From the NCBI GenBank assembly GCA_963669175.1, contig OY769902.1:4288001-4352000 (forward strand): 64,000 nucleotides of DNA, read 5' to 3'. The DNA is from a bacterium. GTDB taxonomy: Bacteria; Electryoneota; Electryoneia; Electryoneales; Electryoneaceae. Below are positions 1 to 8,356 of the stretch, piece after piece. The notes below the pieces were generated by a model that was not told where the DNA came from, did not search any database, and was given only the letters and a program-made list of their open reading frames with translations. The first letter of the stretch is position 1. Each line of letters starts with the position of its first letter. The position numbers and the translations under genes are program-made.

Positions 1-1
1 G

Positions 2-583
2 CCCGCACCGGGACAAGAGGCGAAAAAGCCGGATGCTGCCTGGGAAAAAGCGTCTTGCCTCTGGTATGGGAACAAGACAAAAGACCTGTTGCTGCTTTCC
101 GGTGTTGGCTGCTGGTACCGTTCCGGGGAAGATGTTGTCCTGATACGCTGGGTGGTGGCGCGTGATCCCGACGGCAAAAACAAGGACATTGTCTTATCTA
201 CATCCAAAACAGACTTAACCCCGGCCCAGGTTGTCAGCTCATATGTACGACGATGGGCGTTGGAAACCACGTTTGAAGAGTCACGGAAACATCTGCGTAT
301 CGAAACGACAGAAAACTGGTCAAAAAAATCGATTCAAAGAACAGTGCCCCTGCTGTTTGGCTTGTTCAGTCTGATGGTTGTTTGGTATAGTCAGCAGCCA
401 GAGCAGAAAGCTGTTGCGCAAACAGAGTGGTACACAAAACTGGAACCCAGTTTCTCAGACGTGCATCAGGCATTGCGTGCTGAATTGTGGATGCAGGCGA
501 TTTTTCCCGAATGCAAGCAGCCACGCGGATTCTTAAAAAAGAAAAGCAATATCCTTAAATTCCTTATTCACAAAGCCGCTTGA
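2..583 (+). mobile_element. DDE transposase (IS701/IS4-like), 5'-truncated by the window edge
   Basis: Frame is open from position 2. Motifs WYG, IRWVVARDP and YVRRWALETTFEESRKHL are typical of IS701-like transposases. Probable right end CTAAAATGAGCAAAACCGAG at about 588-608. Confidence 0.75.
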
Positions 584-608
584 TCCGCTAAAATGAGCAA
601 AACCGAGT

Positions 609-695
609 ATAATTCCTAATTCAATCATATTAATTCTTAATTCTTAATTTATAATTAGACAAAGTCTTTCATCCTGTTCATCCTGTTCATCCTGT
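609..695. repeat. Short tandem repeats: TAATTCY heptamers and (TTCATCCTG)x3
   Basis: Directly visible; 9-mer copies start at 668, 677 and 686. Confidence 0.8.
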
Positions 696-730
696 GAATT
701 CTTGTAGTGTTACCTTGTGCGTAGAGAGAG

Positions 731-763
731 AAAAACGCCTGAAGCCGAGCGGCATCAGGCGTT
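731..763 (-). terminator. Rho-independent terminator of the flagellin gene
   Basis: AACGCCTGA...TCAGGCGTT stem followed by a U tract on the minus strand, 25 nt after the stop. Confidence 0.8.
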
Positions 764-787
764 CCGTCTCATGGGGCGCTTCTGCGG

Positions 788-1627
788 CTACCCGATGAGC
801 CCCGCTACCATTTGCGGAATCATGTTGGCCTGGGCCAGCATGCTAATACCGGACTGGAACAGAATCTGTGACCGGACGAAGTTGCTCATTTCGGAAGCAA
901 TATCCGCATCACGAATCGTGGATTCTGAAGCAGTCAGGTTTTCCGAACTGATCTTCAGGTTTAACAGGGTATTCTGCAACCTTTCGACGTACGATCCCAC
1001 ACGGGTCCGTTCAGTGTCCTTGGTGTCGATTGCGCTATCAATCGAGCCAATGGTCTGCTGTGCGGACAGGGTGTTCAGCAGGTTGGTGCCATTCAAGCCC
1101 AACGCGCTGGAACGCATGTCACCCAGGTTGACATAGTAGTAGTCGTTGTTGCGTACGTTGTAGGTACCGATATGGAACTTGATACCTGTCGTACCGGAAC
1201 TGTAGTCCCCGTTGATGAGGTACAGACCGTTGTAGTTGGTTGTGTTGGCAATACGATCGATCTCTGACTTGAGCTGCTGGAATTCAACATTCAGGTAAGT
1301 CCGATCGAGGCTGGTCAGAGCGCCGTTTGACGCTTCGATAGCCAATGCACGCATGCGGATCAACTTCTCGTCGATTACCGACATGGCGCCTTCAGCCGTC
1401 GCCAACAGGTTGATGTTGTAGTTTGTGTTGCGCTCGGCCTCTTCCGTAGACGCCAATTGCGCTCGCATCCTCTCACTAACGGCCAGCCCTGCGGGATCAT
1501 CCCACGCGTAGTTCACACGGAGCCCGCTGGACAGTCGGTTTACCGCTGTGTCCAGATCGTTCTGGGTAGTCCAGATATTTCTCTGGGCGGTGAGGGAGAG
1601 GATGTTGTGGTTAATGCGGGTACTCAT
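788..1627 (-). CDS. fliC: Flagellin (short, 279 aa, D0/D1 only)
   Basis: N-terminal RLSSGLRVN..DDPAGLAVSE and C-terminal ESTIRDADIASEM..QSGISMLAQAN; SD AAGGAGG. Confidence 0.97.
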   Translation of the reverse strand: MSTRINHNILSLTAQRNIWTTQNDLDTAVNRLSSGLRVNYAWDDPAGLAVSERMRAQLASTEEAERNTNYNINLLATAEGAMSVIDEKLIRMRALAIEASNGALTSLDRTYLNVEFQQLKSEIDRIANTTNYNGLYLINGDYSSGTTGIKFHIGTYNVRNNDYYYVNLGDMRSSALGLNGTNLLNTLSAQQTIGSIDSAIDTKDTERTRVGSYVERLQNTLLNLKISSENLTASESTIRDADIASEMSNFVRSQILFQSGISMLAQANMIPQMVAGLIG

Positions 1628-1931
1628 GGGTATCCTCCTTGTTCCTCGGACCGCGCGGTCACCTGCCGCGACGTGTCCAACCCTGCGATTGTCCTGCTTT
1701 TACGTTTTTTTCCGGCAACGATAGACTTAGCCTGTGTTGCCTTCACAAGGGCAGAGAACTGGGGATATGTATGTAAACAAGGGGGGATGTACCCGTGGGG
1801 TGTAACTCACCTCCGCTGCTCGATCCGGATAACGCGTTTGAGCGACGCTACGGAATTGGCCGGGTTTCCCTGCAAGGGGAATGAACTGGCGATGTGTTGT
1901 CTAAAGAGCCACGCACTCGATTCACTTTTCT

Positions 1932-1960
1932 TTATCGGGATCATACATCAACAACTTTAG
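1932..1960 (-). promoter_or_regulatory. Sigma-28 (FliA/SigD) promoter for flagellin
   Basis: Minus strand reads CTAAA-N16-CCCGATAA, close to the TAAA-N15/16-GCCGATAA consensus. Confidence 0.8.
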
Positions 1961-2211
1961 CTTTTCCACGCCTCCTCAAGAGACAAACAAGAAGATACTT
2001 AAAGTTACTTCACAGAAATCTTTGCCCATCACAAACCCAACTAGCTGTTTTCACAGCATATTACAAACTTAAAGTAAAGAGGTAAAGATTCTGGTAAAAC
2101 TTCTTGCTAGACATACCCACTTACTTCAGAATATTCTCCTCGATGAGATGAATTCTCAAGGGTTCTACCTGAAAATGGGAATACACTGCGCTGGATTGCA
2201 TCTTTATTCGT

Positions 2212-3441
2212 ATGTTATCCTCCATGTCGAAATCGCCCGGAAAAATCTTTCAGACACGTAGCCTGACCGCGTTGTGGCTGGGACAGGTTATCTCCATGAG
2301 TGGCGATTCGATTTACCAGATCGGCCTTCTGTGGCTGGCGCTGGAATTATCCGCATCCAAAACAGTTACCGGGCTGGTCGCGATGGCGGCTTATTTACCG
2401 GCGATGTTACTGGCCCTCCCCGCCGGGGCGATCGCAGATCGTGCCAATCGTCGGACGGTCATGCTCAGCGCCGATCTTTTTCGGATGCTTGTTGTCCTGG
2501 TAATCCCGGTTGCAGCATCGCTGAATATCTTGAGCCCGGCCCTGCTTGCGGCTGATGCTTTCCTGGTTGCGATTGCCGCCGCGTTCTTCAACCCGGCACG
2601 AGATGCTGTTATCCCGCAAATCGTTCCGCCCTCGGGATTATTACGCGCCAACTCCCTGATTCAAACTTCCTGGCAGTTTGCCCTCTTGATCGGCCCTGCC
2701 TTTGCCGGACTTTTTCTGCAACTTTTTGGGCTGGTGCATCTTTTCACTGTAGACAGCGCCGCCTACCTGTTCTCCTTCGCCTGTATCCTGCTGATCCGTC
2801 CACGCCCTCTCGCAACCGAGCCGCGAAAAAAGGGGCTCAGCGTTCACGAGTTGCTGGAAGGATTTGTCTACGTGAGGAAGAGCCGGATACTGTTCCCGCT
2901 GTTGCTCATCACCATCGCGGACAACCTGTTCATCATGGGCCCGGCCATGGTTGGCACTCCGGTATTCGTGAAGGAGGTTATCCATGGGCAGGCAGACGAT
3001 TACGCGCTGATCATGGGTTGCTACGCGGTAGGCATGTTGATCGGGACGGCATGGCTGGTCACCCAGGGCGCTCGTTTCGGCAAAGGAAAAATCCTGCTCT
3101 GGGGAATGGTCGCCGATGGTTTTACCTTTGTTCCCTATTTCTTCGCACGCAGCCTTGAATCAATGGCAATCGTAACCATCATTCACTCCCTTGCCATTCC
3201 ACTTCTGACCGTGAGCCGCGCCTCCCTGATCCAGGAGATCACCCCGGAACGCCTGACCGGGCGAGTTTTCGCGCTGATCAGCCTGGCTGTTACGGGGATG
3301 ACAGCCATTTCCGCCGGAATCACCGGACTGGTCCTGGAATGGATTTCACCACCCGCCCTCTTCCTGATCATCGGAACCGTCGCCGGACTTTGTGGAGTCG
3401 CCGGGTTTGTTTTCGCGAAAGAAATTAATCGTTTTCATTAA
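2212..3441 (+). CDS. MFS transporter (DHA3/MFS_3-like)
   Basis: About 12 hydrophobic segments; motif A GAIADRANRRTVM. Confidence 0.9.
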   Translation: MLSSMSKSPGKIFQTRSLTALWLGQVISMSGDSIYQIGLLWLALELSASKTVTGLVAMAAYLPAMLLALPAGAIADRANRRTVMLSADLFRMLVVLVIPVAASLNILSPALLAADAFLVAIAAAFFNPARDAVIPQIVPPSGLLRANSLIQTSWQFALLIGPAFAGLFLQLFGLVHLFTVDSAAYLFSFACILLIRPRPLATEPRKKGLSVHELLEGFVYVRKSRILFPLLLITIADNLFIMGPAMVGTPVFVKEVIHGQADDYALIMGCYAVGMLIGTAWLVTQGARFGKGKILLWGMVADGFTFVPYFFARSLESMAIVTIIHSLAIPLLTVSRASLIQEITPERLTGRVFALISLAVTGMTAISAGITGLVLEWISPPALFLIIGTVAGLCGVAGFVFAKEINRFH

Positions 3442-3476
3442 TTTACTGTCTTTTTTACTTTGTTACACACCATAAC

Positions 3477-5573
3477 CTACTTTATAAGAACTATCTTCTG
3501 TATTTTTAACATTTTTCCAGATTCTTTCAGCACTAGGTAATATATTCCTGTATTTAACTTATCTAATGATAAAGATATTATACTATTATAACGAGTTATA
3601 CACATTCCTTTTTTCTCTCTTACCATTCTTCCTTCTATATTATATATTTTCATATCTATTATCATTTCTTTATTAGTATACATTTCTATATTTACATTTG
3701 AATTAGATGGTATTGGATATATATTTATTTCTATATTTTCTGGTATTGTATTCGTATTTTTACTTCTTCCTTCCCCCACTGGCAATGAATATCCTATTTC
3801 TATAATATTATTATTTTCATTATTTTCTTCTATTTCATTATAACAATCTAATTCCCAATACATACTATGTTCTTCGTTATAATTTATTTCTCCTTCTTCA
3901 AATGGTCCCCAAAAGAATTGTCCATTTGTAAGCGCGTTTCTTACCCAATTATTATCTGTTTCATATAATTCACCATCTATTCCATATTTTACTTCCCATC
4001 CTATTGCATCTTCTCCTCCTATATTACTGTAATCTAATAACATGTATAGACTATCGTGATTGTTATTATCATCATATTCTATATTATCGTAATTTTCTAC
4101 TTCTGTAAATACTCCATTATGTCTCCATCCTATCCAGGCGTATTCTGCATATAGATCTGCTAATTCGTTATTCCCTGTTGCATATATTGAATTTGACTCC
4201 ACGAAACCAGAGACACCAAAACTATTTTCTGCTCGTATTCGATATTGGTAATAATTACCCTCTGCCACATTATAATCTGGATATGGCCCTTCTTGGTCAA
4301 CAGCGAAATTTGTTCTAAAGCTCCAATTAGTCCATGTTCCTCCTTCTTCTCGCTGACGGCGTTCTAACCTGAATCCGTCTTCATTATCTGAACAATCATC
4401 CCAACTCAATAATATATAGTCATCAGCATTATTATAATAATATTCGCCTAACAGATTATTAGGTTCATCTGGTGGCTCTCCCTGCTCATTTCCTGTTGCA
4501 TATATTGAGTTTGACACCACGAAATCAGAGACACCAAAATCATTTTCTGCTCGTATTCTATATTGGTAATAATTACCTTCTGCCACACTATAATCTGGAT
4601 ATGGCCCTTCCTGGTTAGCAGCGAAATTTGTTCTGAAGCTCCAATTTGTCCATGTTCCTCCTTCCTCTCGCTGACGGCGTTCTAACCTAAATCCTTCTTC
4701 ATTATTCGAACAATCATCCCATGCCAATAAGATATAATCATCACCATTATTATAGTAATATTCTCCAGTAATATCATCTGGCTCATCAGGTGGTTCACCT
4801 TGATTTATATATTTATTTAGTTCTATATCATCTAGATATACTCCATTATAGTCATTTACTGTAGCATCGCTTTGGAAAATAAATGTTATCCATACTTGAT
4901 CTTCGCCGCATACATTTCCAAAATGTGGTGCGTCTGTAAAATCAATAGATAATTGCACCCATCCATTAGAATTTCCACTGACTTGATAATAATAGTAATT
5001 TATACCATTCAAGGCGATTCCATACTTAAAATAATCATAATTAGATTCTGTTTCATAATTTACATAAAAAGTTAATTCCGCATCTGTTGCATCCGACAAA
5101 TCAAAAGGACCATAAGTCATCCAAGCATTCATATCATTTAGATAATGTCCACTGTTTGGGCTTATGCCATCCTCACCACCATCAGCACACCAGCCTCCCC
5201 AATCTCCCCAATGACTATAATGCGATTCATCATCCCAGTATGCATCTACATCTCCAAGGCTAAATATTTCCCAATCGTTCGGAAAGGCACCTTCAAAATC
5301 CTCTTCATGTATATTACACCATTCATCTAGCTCGTCAGATTGTATAATTGTATATGTATATATATTATTACATTTATTATCATTATTGTAATTGTTATTA
5401 AATATTATATTATTAACATCTAAAATAACACTTGCAATTTCTAAATCTTTACTGTAATTTTCTAATTCATTATGGTACAGTTTTTGAATTGCATACACGA
5501 AATGAAATTGAAACAATAGTGAAAAAATGGCGAGCAGTCTCAGGACTGCTTTTTGCAATTTCCCTAACTTCAT
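3477..5573 (-). CDS. Secreted multidomain protein: jelly-roll/adhesin-like domain, 2x Fn3, CARDB-like domain, T9SS-like CTD; AT-rich
   Basis: Signal peptide; SD GGAGG before ATG 5573; C-terminus IYPIPSN...GIYYLVL...KIVLIK. Confidence 0.85.
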   Translation of the reverse strand: MKLGKLQKAVLRLLAIFSLLFQFHFVYAIQKLYHNELENYSKDLEIASVILDVNNIIFNNNYNNDNKCNNIYTYTIIQSDELDEWCNIHEEDFEGAFPNDWEIFSLGDVDAYWDDESHYSHWGDWGGWCADGGEDGISPNSGHYLNDMNAWMTYGPFDLSDATDAELTFYVNYETESNYDYFKYGIALNGINYYYYQVSGNSNGWVQLSIDFTDAPHFGNVCGEDQVWITFIFQSDATVNDYNGVYLDDIELNKYINQGEPPDEPDDITGEYYYNNGDDYILLAWDDCSNNEEGFRLERRQREEGGTWTNWSFRTNFAANQEGPYPDYSVAEGNYYQYRIRAENDFGVSDFVVSNSIYATGNEQGEPPDEPNNLLGEYYYNNADDYILLSWDDCSDNEDGFRLERRQREEGGTWTNWSFRTNFAVDQEGPYPDYNVAEGNYYQYRIRAENSFGVSGFVESNSIYATGNNELADLYAEYAWIGWRHNGVFTEVENYDNIEYDDNNNHDSLYMLLDYSNIGGEDAIGWEVKYGIDGELYETDNNWVRNALTNGQFFWGPFEEGEINYNEEHSMYWELDCYNEIEENNENNNIIEIGYSLPVGEGRSKNTNTIPENIEINIYPIPSNSNVNIEMYTNKEMIIDMKIYNIEGRMVREKKGMCITRYNSIISLSLDKLNTGIYYLVLKESGKMLKIQKIVLIK
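4168..4803 (-). repeat. Intragenic tandem duplication, 2 x 318 bp (106-aa Fn3-like unit)
   Basis: QGEPPDEP...SNSIYATGN is repeated; DNA period is 318 bp (4171 vs 4489). Confidence 0.9.
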
Positions 5574-5711
5574 GGCAACCTCCAAATACTAATTTACAAC
5601 CCAAAAATCCTATGATGTGCTAAATCAAATAAAGGCTTGATAATCTTAATAGTACAAGCGTAACTTCTGGAAAGTTTGCGCAAATGCTGGAAAATTAAGG
5701 AGAGAGACCGG

Positions 5712-6575
5712 ATGGGTGTTTCAATTGAACCTGAGATTTCTCGAAAGCTGACCAAGCAGAGAAAAAAACTATTACTATCGCAATTTGAGCTCAGTCAAAA
5801 AGCGAAAGTATCCTTGAGGACAATTCAGGACATTGAGGGCGGGAGACGAAAGGCATTCAGTGAAGCTACATTACTTGCAGTATGCAGAGCGCTTGAGATT
5901 CCCTACGATTACCTTTGGGTCTCTGATGATGAAAATGGAAGCGACAATCATATAAGTAGCACAGAATCTGTTCACAGTACAACAAGAGGAAGAAATCTCA
6001 TCGATATTCTTAGAAAAAAATTTACGTTTGTAATTGTTGCAATAATATTATTAACAACAATAACTATTACAACACTATTAGTCATAAATAGTAATATATT
6101 ATCAAATAAAACTAAAAGATTTGATTGGGTAACTCTGAGTAGTAAGATGGTCATTGATCCAATAACTCCAGAATGGACAGAATGGCCGAATAAAATATAC
6201 AATAAAGAATGTTTTGCCTGCATTAATCATATTGAGTATTCTCGTACTACAAGCGCTAAAGACACAATACCAATGAGTATTCAATGGTCATGGTTTTATC
6301 CCCCACCTGCTAATACTGAGGTTTTCATAAGTGCCTATTCCTGCTGGGAACCTGACAGCGAGATCAGAATATGGCATGGCGACCTTACCAAAGAAGGAAC
6401 AAAGACAATTCCATTCATGCTCTTTGCCCCGGAGGTTCCAGGGATATATACGATTCGCATTTTTTACACAGAAGCTTTCGCACCTGTTTCAAACTACTAT
6501 GGCTCTCCACCCCCTAACCAGGTAACAGCTCCTTCCTATAGCCGCTATTGCGAGTTGGTGCTGGAAGTGTTGTAA
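5712..6575 (+). CDS. Membrane-anchored XRE-family HTH regulator with extracytoplasmic domain
   Basis: HTH LSQFELSQKAKVSLRTIQDIEGG; single TM FTFVIVAIILLTTITITTLLVI; beta-rich C-terminal domain. Confidence 0.8.
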   Translation: MGVSIEPEISRKLTKQRKKLLLSQFELSQKAKVSLRTIQDIEGGRRKAFSEATLLAVCRALEIPYDYLWVSDDENGSDNHISSTESVHSTTRGRNLIDILRKKFTFVIVAIILLTTITITTLLVINSNILSNKTKRFDWVTLSSKMVIDPITPEWTEWPNKIYNKECFACINHIEYSRTTSAKDTIPMSIQWSWFYPPPANTEVFISAYSCWEPDSEIRIWHGDLTKEGTKTIPFMLFAPEVPGIYTIRIFYTEAFAPVSNYYGSPPPNQVTAPSYSRYCELVLEVL

Positions 6576-6806
6576 TAGCTTTCGTAGATATTGCTCATAT
6601 CAAAATGATACGGTAATCTCGTTTAACGACAGCGAATTATTTAACATACTTTGATACATAATCTTACAACGACAGCATCATACTACCGAGCCCCTTGAGT
6701 TAGAACTTCCATACTCGCCATTTTCCATCCTTATATTGTGCCTGGTTCGGGCAGAATTTTGCATAATTCAGACTGCCTGTGTAAGTGATAAACGTGACGT
6801 TGAGAC

Positions 6807-7157
6807 ATGCACGAATTCGGTTTGATTGCGGACATGGTTGCTCTGGCAGAACGTGAGATGGCTGCTGCCGGAGTAGCGGAACCGGCCTCGAAGATCACGA
6901 TTGTGGTGGGCAAGTTTTCCAGCGCCAGTCCGGAGGCGATGCGGACGGCGTTTGAGTTGATATCGCCGGAAACCACATGGCTGCAACAGGCGGAGCTGGT
7001 GATCGAGGAACCGTGGCCGATATGCCGTTGTTTGAGCTGCCATGCGGAAACACCTGTCGATCGTTATGTACCGGCTTGTCCGGTGTGTGGCAGCAACGAA
7101 TTTGAGCTTGAGGGCGGCGATGACCTTCGACTCGATTCGATTGACATAGATGATTAG
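6807..7157 (+). CDS. hypA: Hydrogenase nickel metallochaperone HypA
   Basis: MHE N-terminus and two CxxC motifs. Confidence 0.95.
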   Translation: MHEFGLIADMVALAEREMAAAGVAEPASKITIVVGKFSSASPEAMRTAFELISPETTWLQQAELVIEEPWPICRCLSCHAETPVDRYVPACPVCGSNEFELEGGDDLRLDSIDIDD

Positions 7158-7205
7158 GGGATGGATTCACCTGGATCGATCCACCCGAAAACCGGGAGTA
7201 GCGCC

Positions 7206-7871
7206 ATGAAGAAAGTAGTTGTGGCAAAAGAGATTTTGAAGGCTAACGACGCCATAGCACGTGAGAACCTGAGCAAGCTGGATGCAGCCAATATCTTCTG
7301 TGTGAACCTGCTGGGTTCTCCGGGATCGGGAAAAACCACACTGTTGGAAAAGATGACCCCCTTCCTGAAGGGGCAAGTCCGGGCCGGGGTTATTGAAGGT
7401 GACCTGGCCACCTCCGAAGATGCCGACCGTATTGAGAAAGTCGGCCTGCCTTCGATTCAGATCAATACCGGCGGCGGCTGTCACCTGGAAGCGAACATGG
7501 TCGCTAACGCCCTCGACGCACTGGACCTTTCGCAATTTGACCTGCTGTTCATTGAAAATGTGGGCAACCTGGTCTGCACCGCGGGGCATCAGTTGGGTGA
7601 ACGCTTGCGTATGGTCGTTCTCTCCTCCGCCGAAGGTGATGATAAGGTTGTCAAGTATCCGCCCATGTTCCAGAAAACGAATTCTGTCCTGATCAACAAG
7701 GCGGACCTGCTGCCCTATACCGAGTTTTCCATCGAACGTGTGCATGAAGAAGCACGACGTCTGAACCCGGATGTGGAAATTCTCCAGGCCTCGGCACGCA
7801 CGGGCGAAGGTATTGAAGAGGTCGCTGAGTTTATCCTCGCCAAACGGCAGGAATGGCTTGAAGCACGCTGA
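7206..7871 (+). CDS. hypB: Hydrogenase nickel-incorporation GTPase HypB
   Basis: GSPGSGKTT, GGGCH, ENVGNLVC and NKAD motifs. Confidence 0.95.
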   Translation: MKKVVVAKEILKANDAIARENLSKLDAANIFCVNLLGSPGSGKTTLLEKMTPFLKGQVRAGVIEGDLATSEDADRIEKVGLPSIQINTGGGCHLEANMVANALDALDLSQFDLLFIENVGNLVCTAGHQLGERLRMVVLSSAEGDDKVVKYPPMFQKTNSVLINKADLLPYTEFSIERVHEEARRLNPDVEILQASARTGEGIEEVAEFILAKRQEWLEAR

Positions 7872-8095
7872 AGCGAAGCGGAAGCTTGTTGGCCCCGCCG
7901 GCTTGAAGCACGCTGAAGCGAAGCGGAAGCGGCTGTCCGGCGGTGGTCTATTCTTAATAAAACAAAGGATTACACCTTTTGTAGTAAAAATGCTTCGCAA
8001 CCGGAAAGCACGCTGAAGCGCGCTCGTAATCGGGGGTACAACCTTCCCACCCGGCTAAAGCCGGGTGCTAAGAGGAGCCTGCTGAAGCAGGCTAA
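7855..8095. repeat. 31-bp direct repeat plus REP-like palindromes
   Basis: GGCTTGAAGCACGCTGAAGCGAAGCGGAAGC at 7855 and 7900, partial third copy near 8006; hairpins CCCGGCTAAAGCCGGG and AGCCTGCTGAAGCAGGCT. Confidence 0.75.
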
Positions 8096-8178
8096 ATATT
8101 GCTACAGATCAAGAGCATACAGAAGAATGGTATACATACATAATGTAAAAAAACCTTACATTATAAGTTTTTCTTAAA

Positions 8179-8353
8179 TTACAACTTTACAACTTTACAA
8201 CTTTACAACTTTACAACTTTACAACTTTACAACTTTACAACTTTACAACTTTACAACTTTACAACTTTACAACTTTACAACTTTACAACTTTACAACTTT
8301 ACAACTTTACAACTTTACAACTTTACAACTTTACAACTTTACAACTTTACAAC
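8179..8353. repeat. Perfect 8-bp tandem repeat (TTACAACT), about 22 copies
   Basis: Directly visible; ends 3 nt before the hypF ATG. Confidence 0.97.
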
Positions 8354-8356
8354 AGC

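Noticed and set aside
1628-1931. c-di-GMP riboswitch in the flagellin leader
   Set aside because: The GEMM tetraloop/receptor consensus is not recognisable by eye.
6639-6666. dif-like site (ATTTAACATA resembles the XerD arm)
   Set aside because: No recognisable XerC arm at the 6-bp spacing.
8179-8353. CRISPR array
   Set aside because: Contiguous 8-mer with no spacers, and no cas genes in the window.
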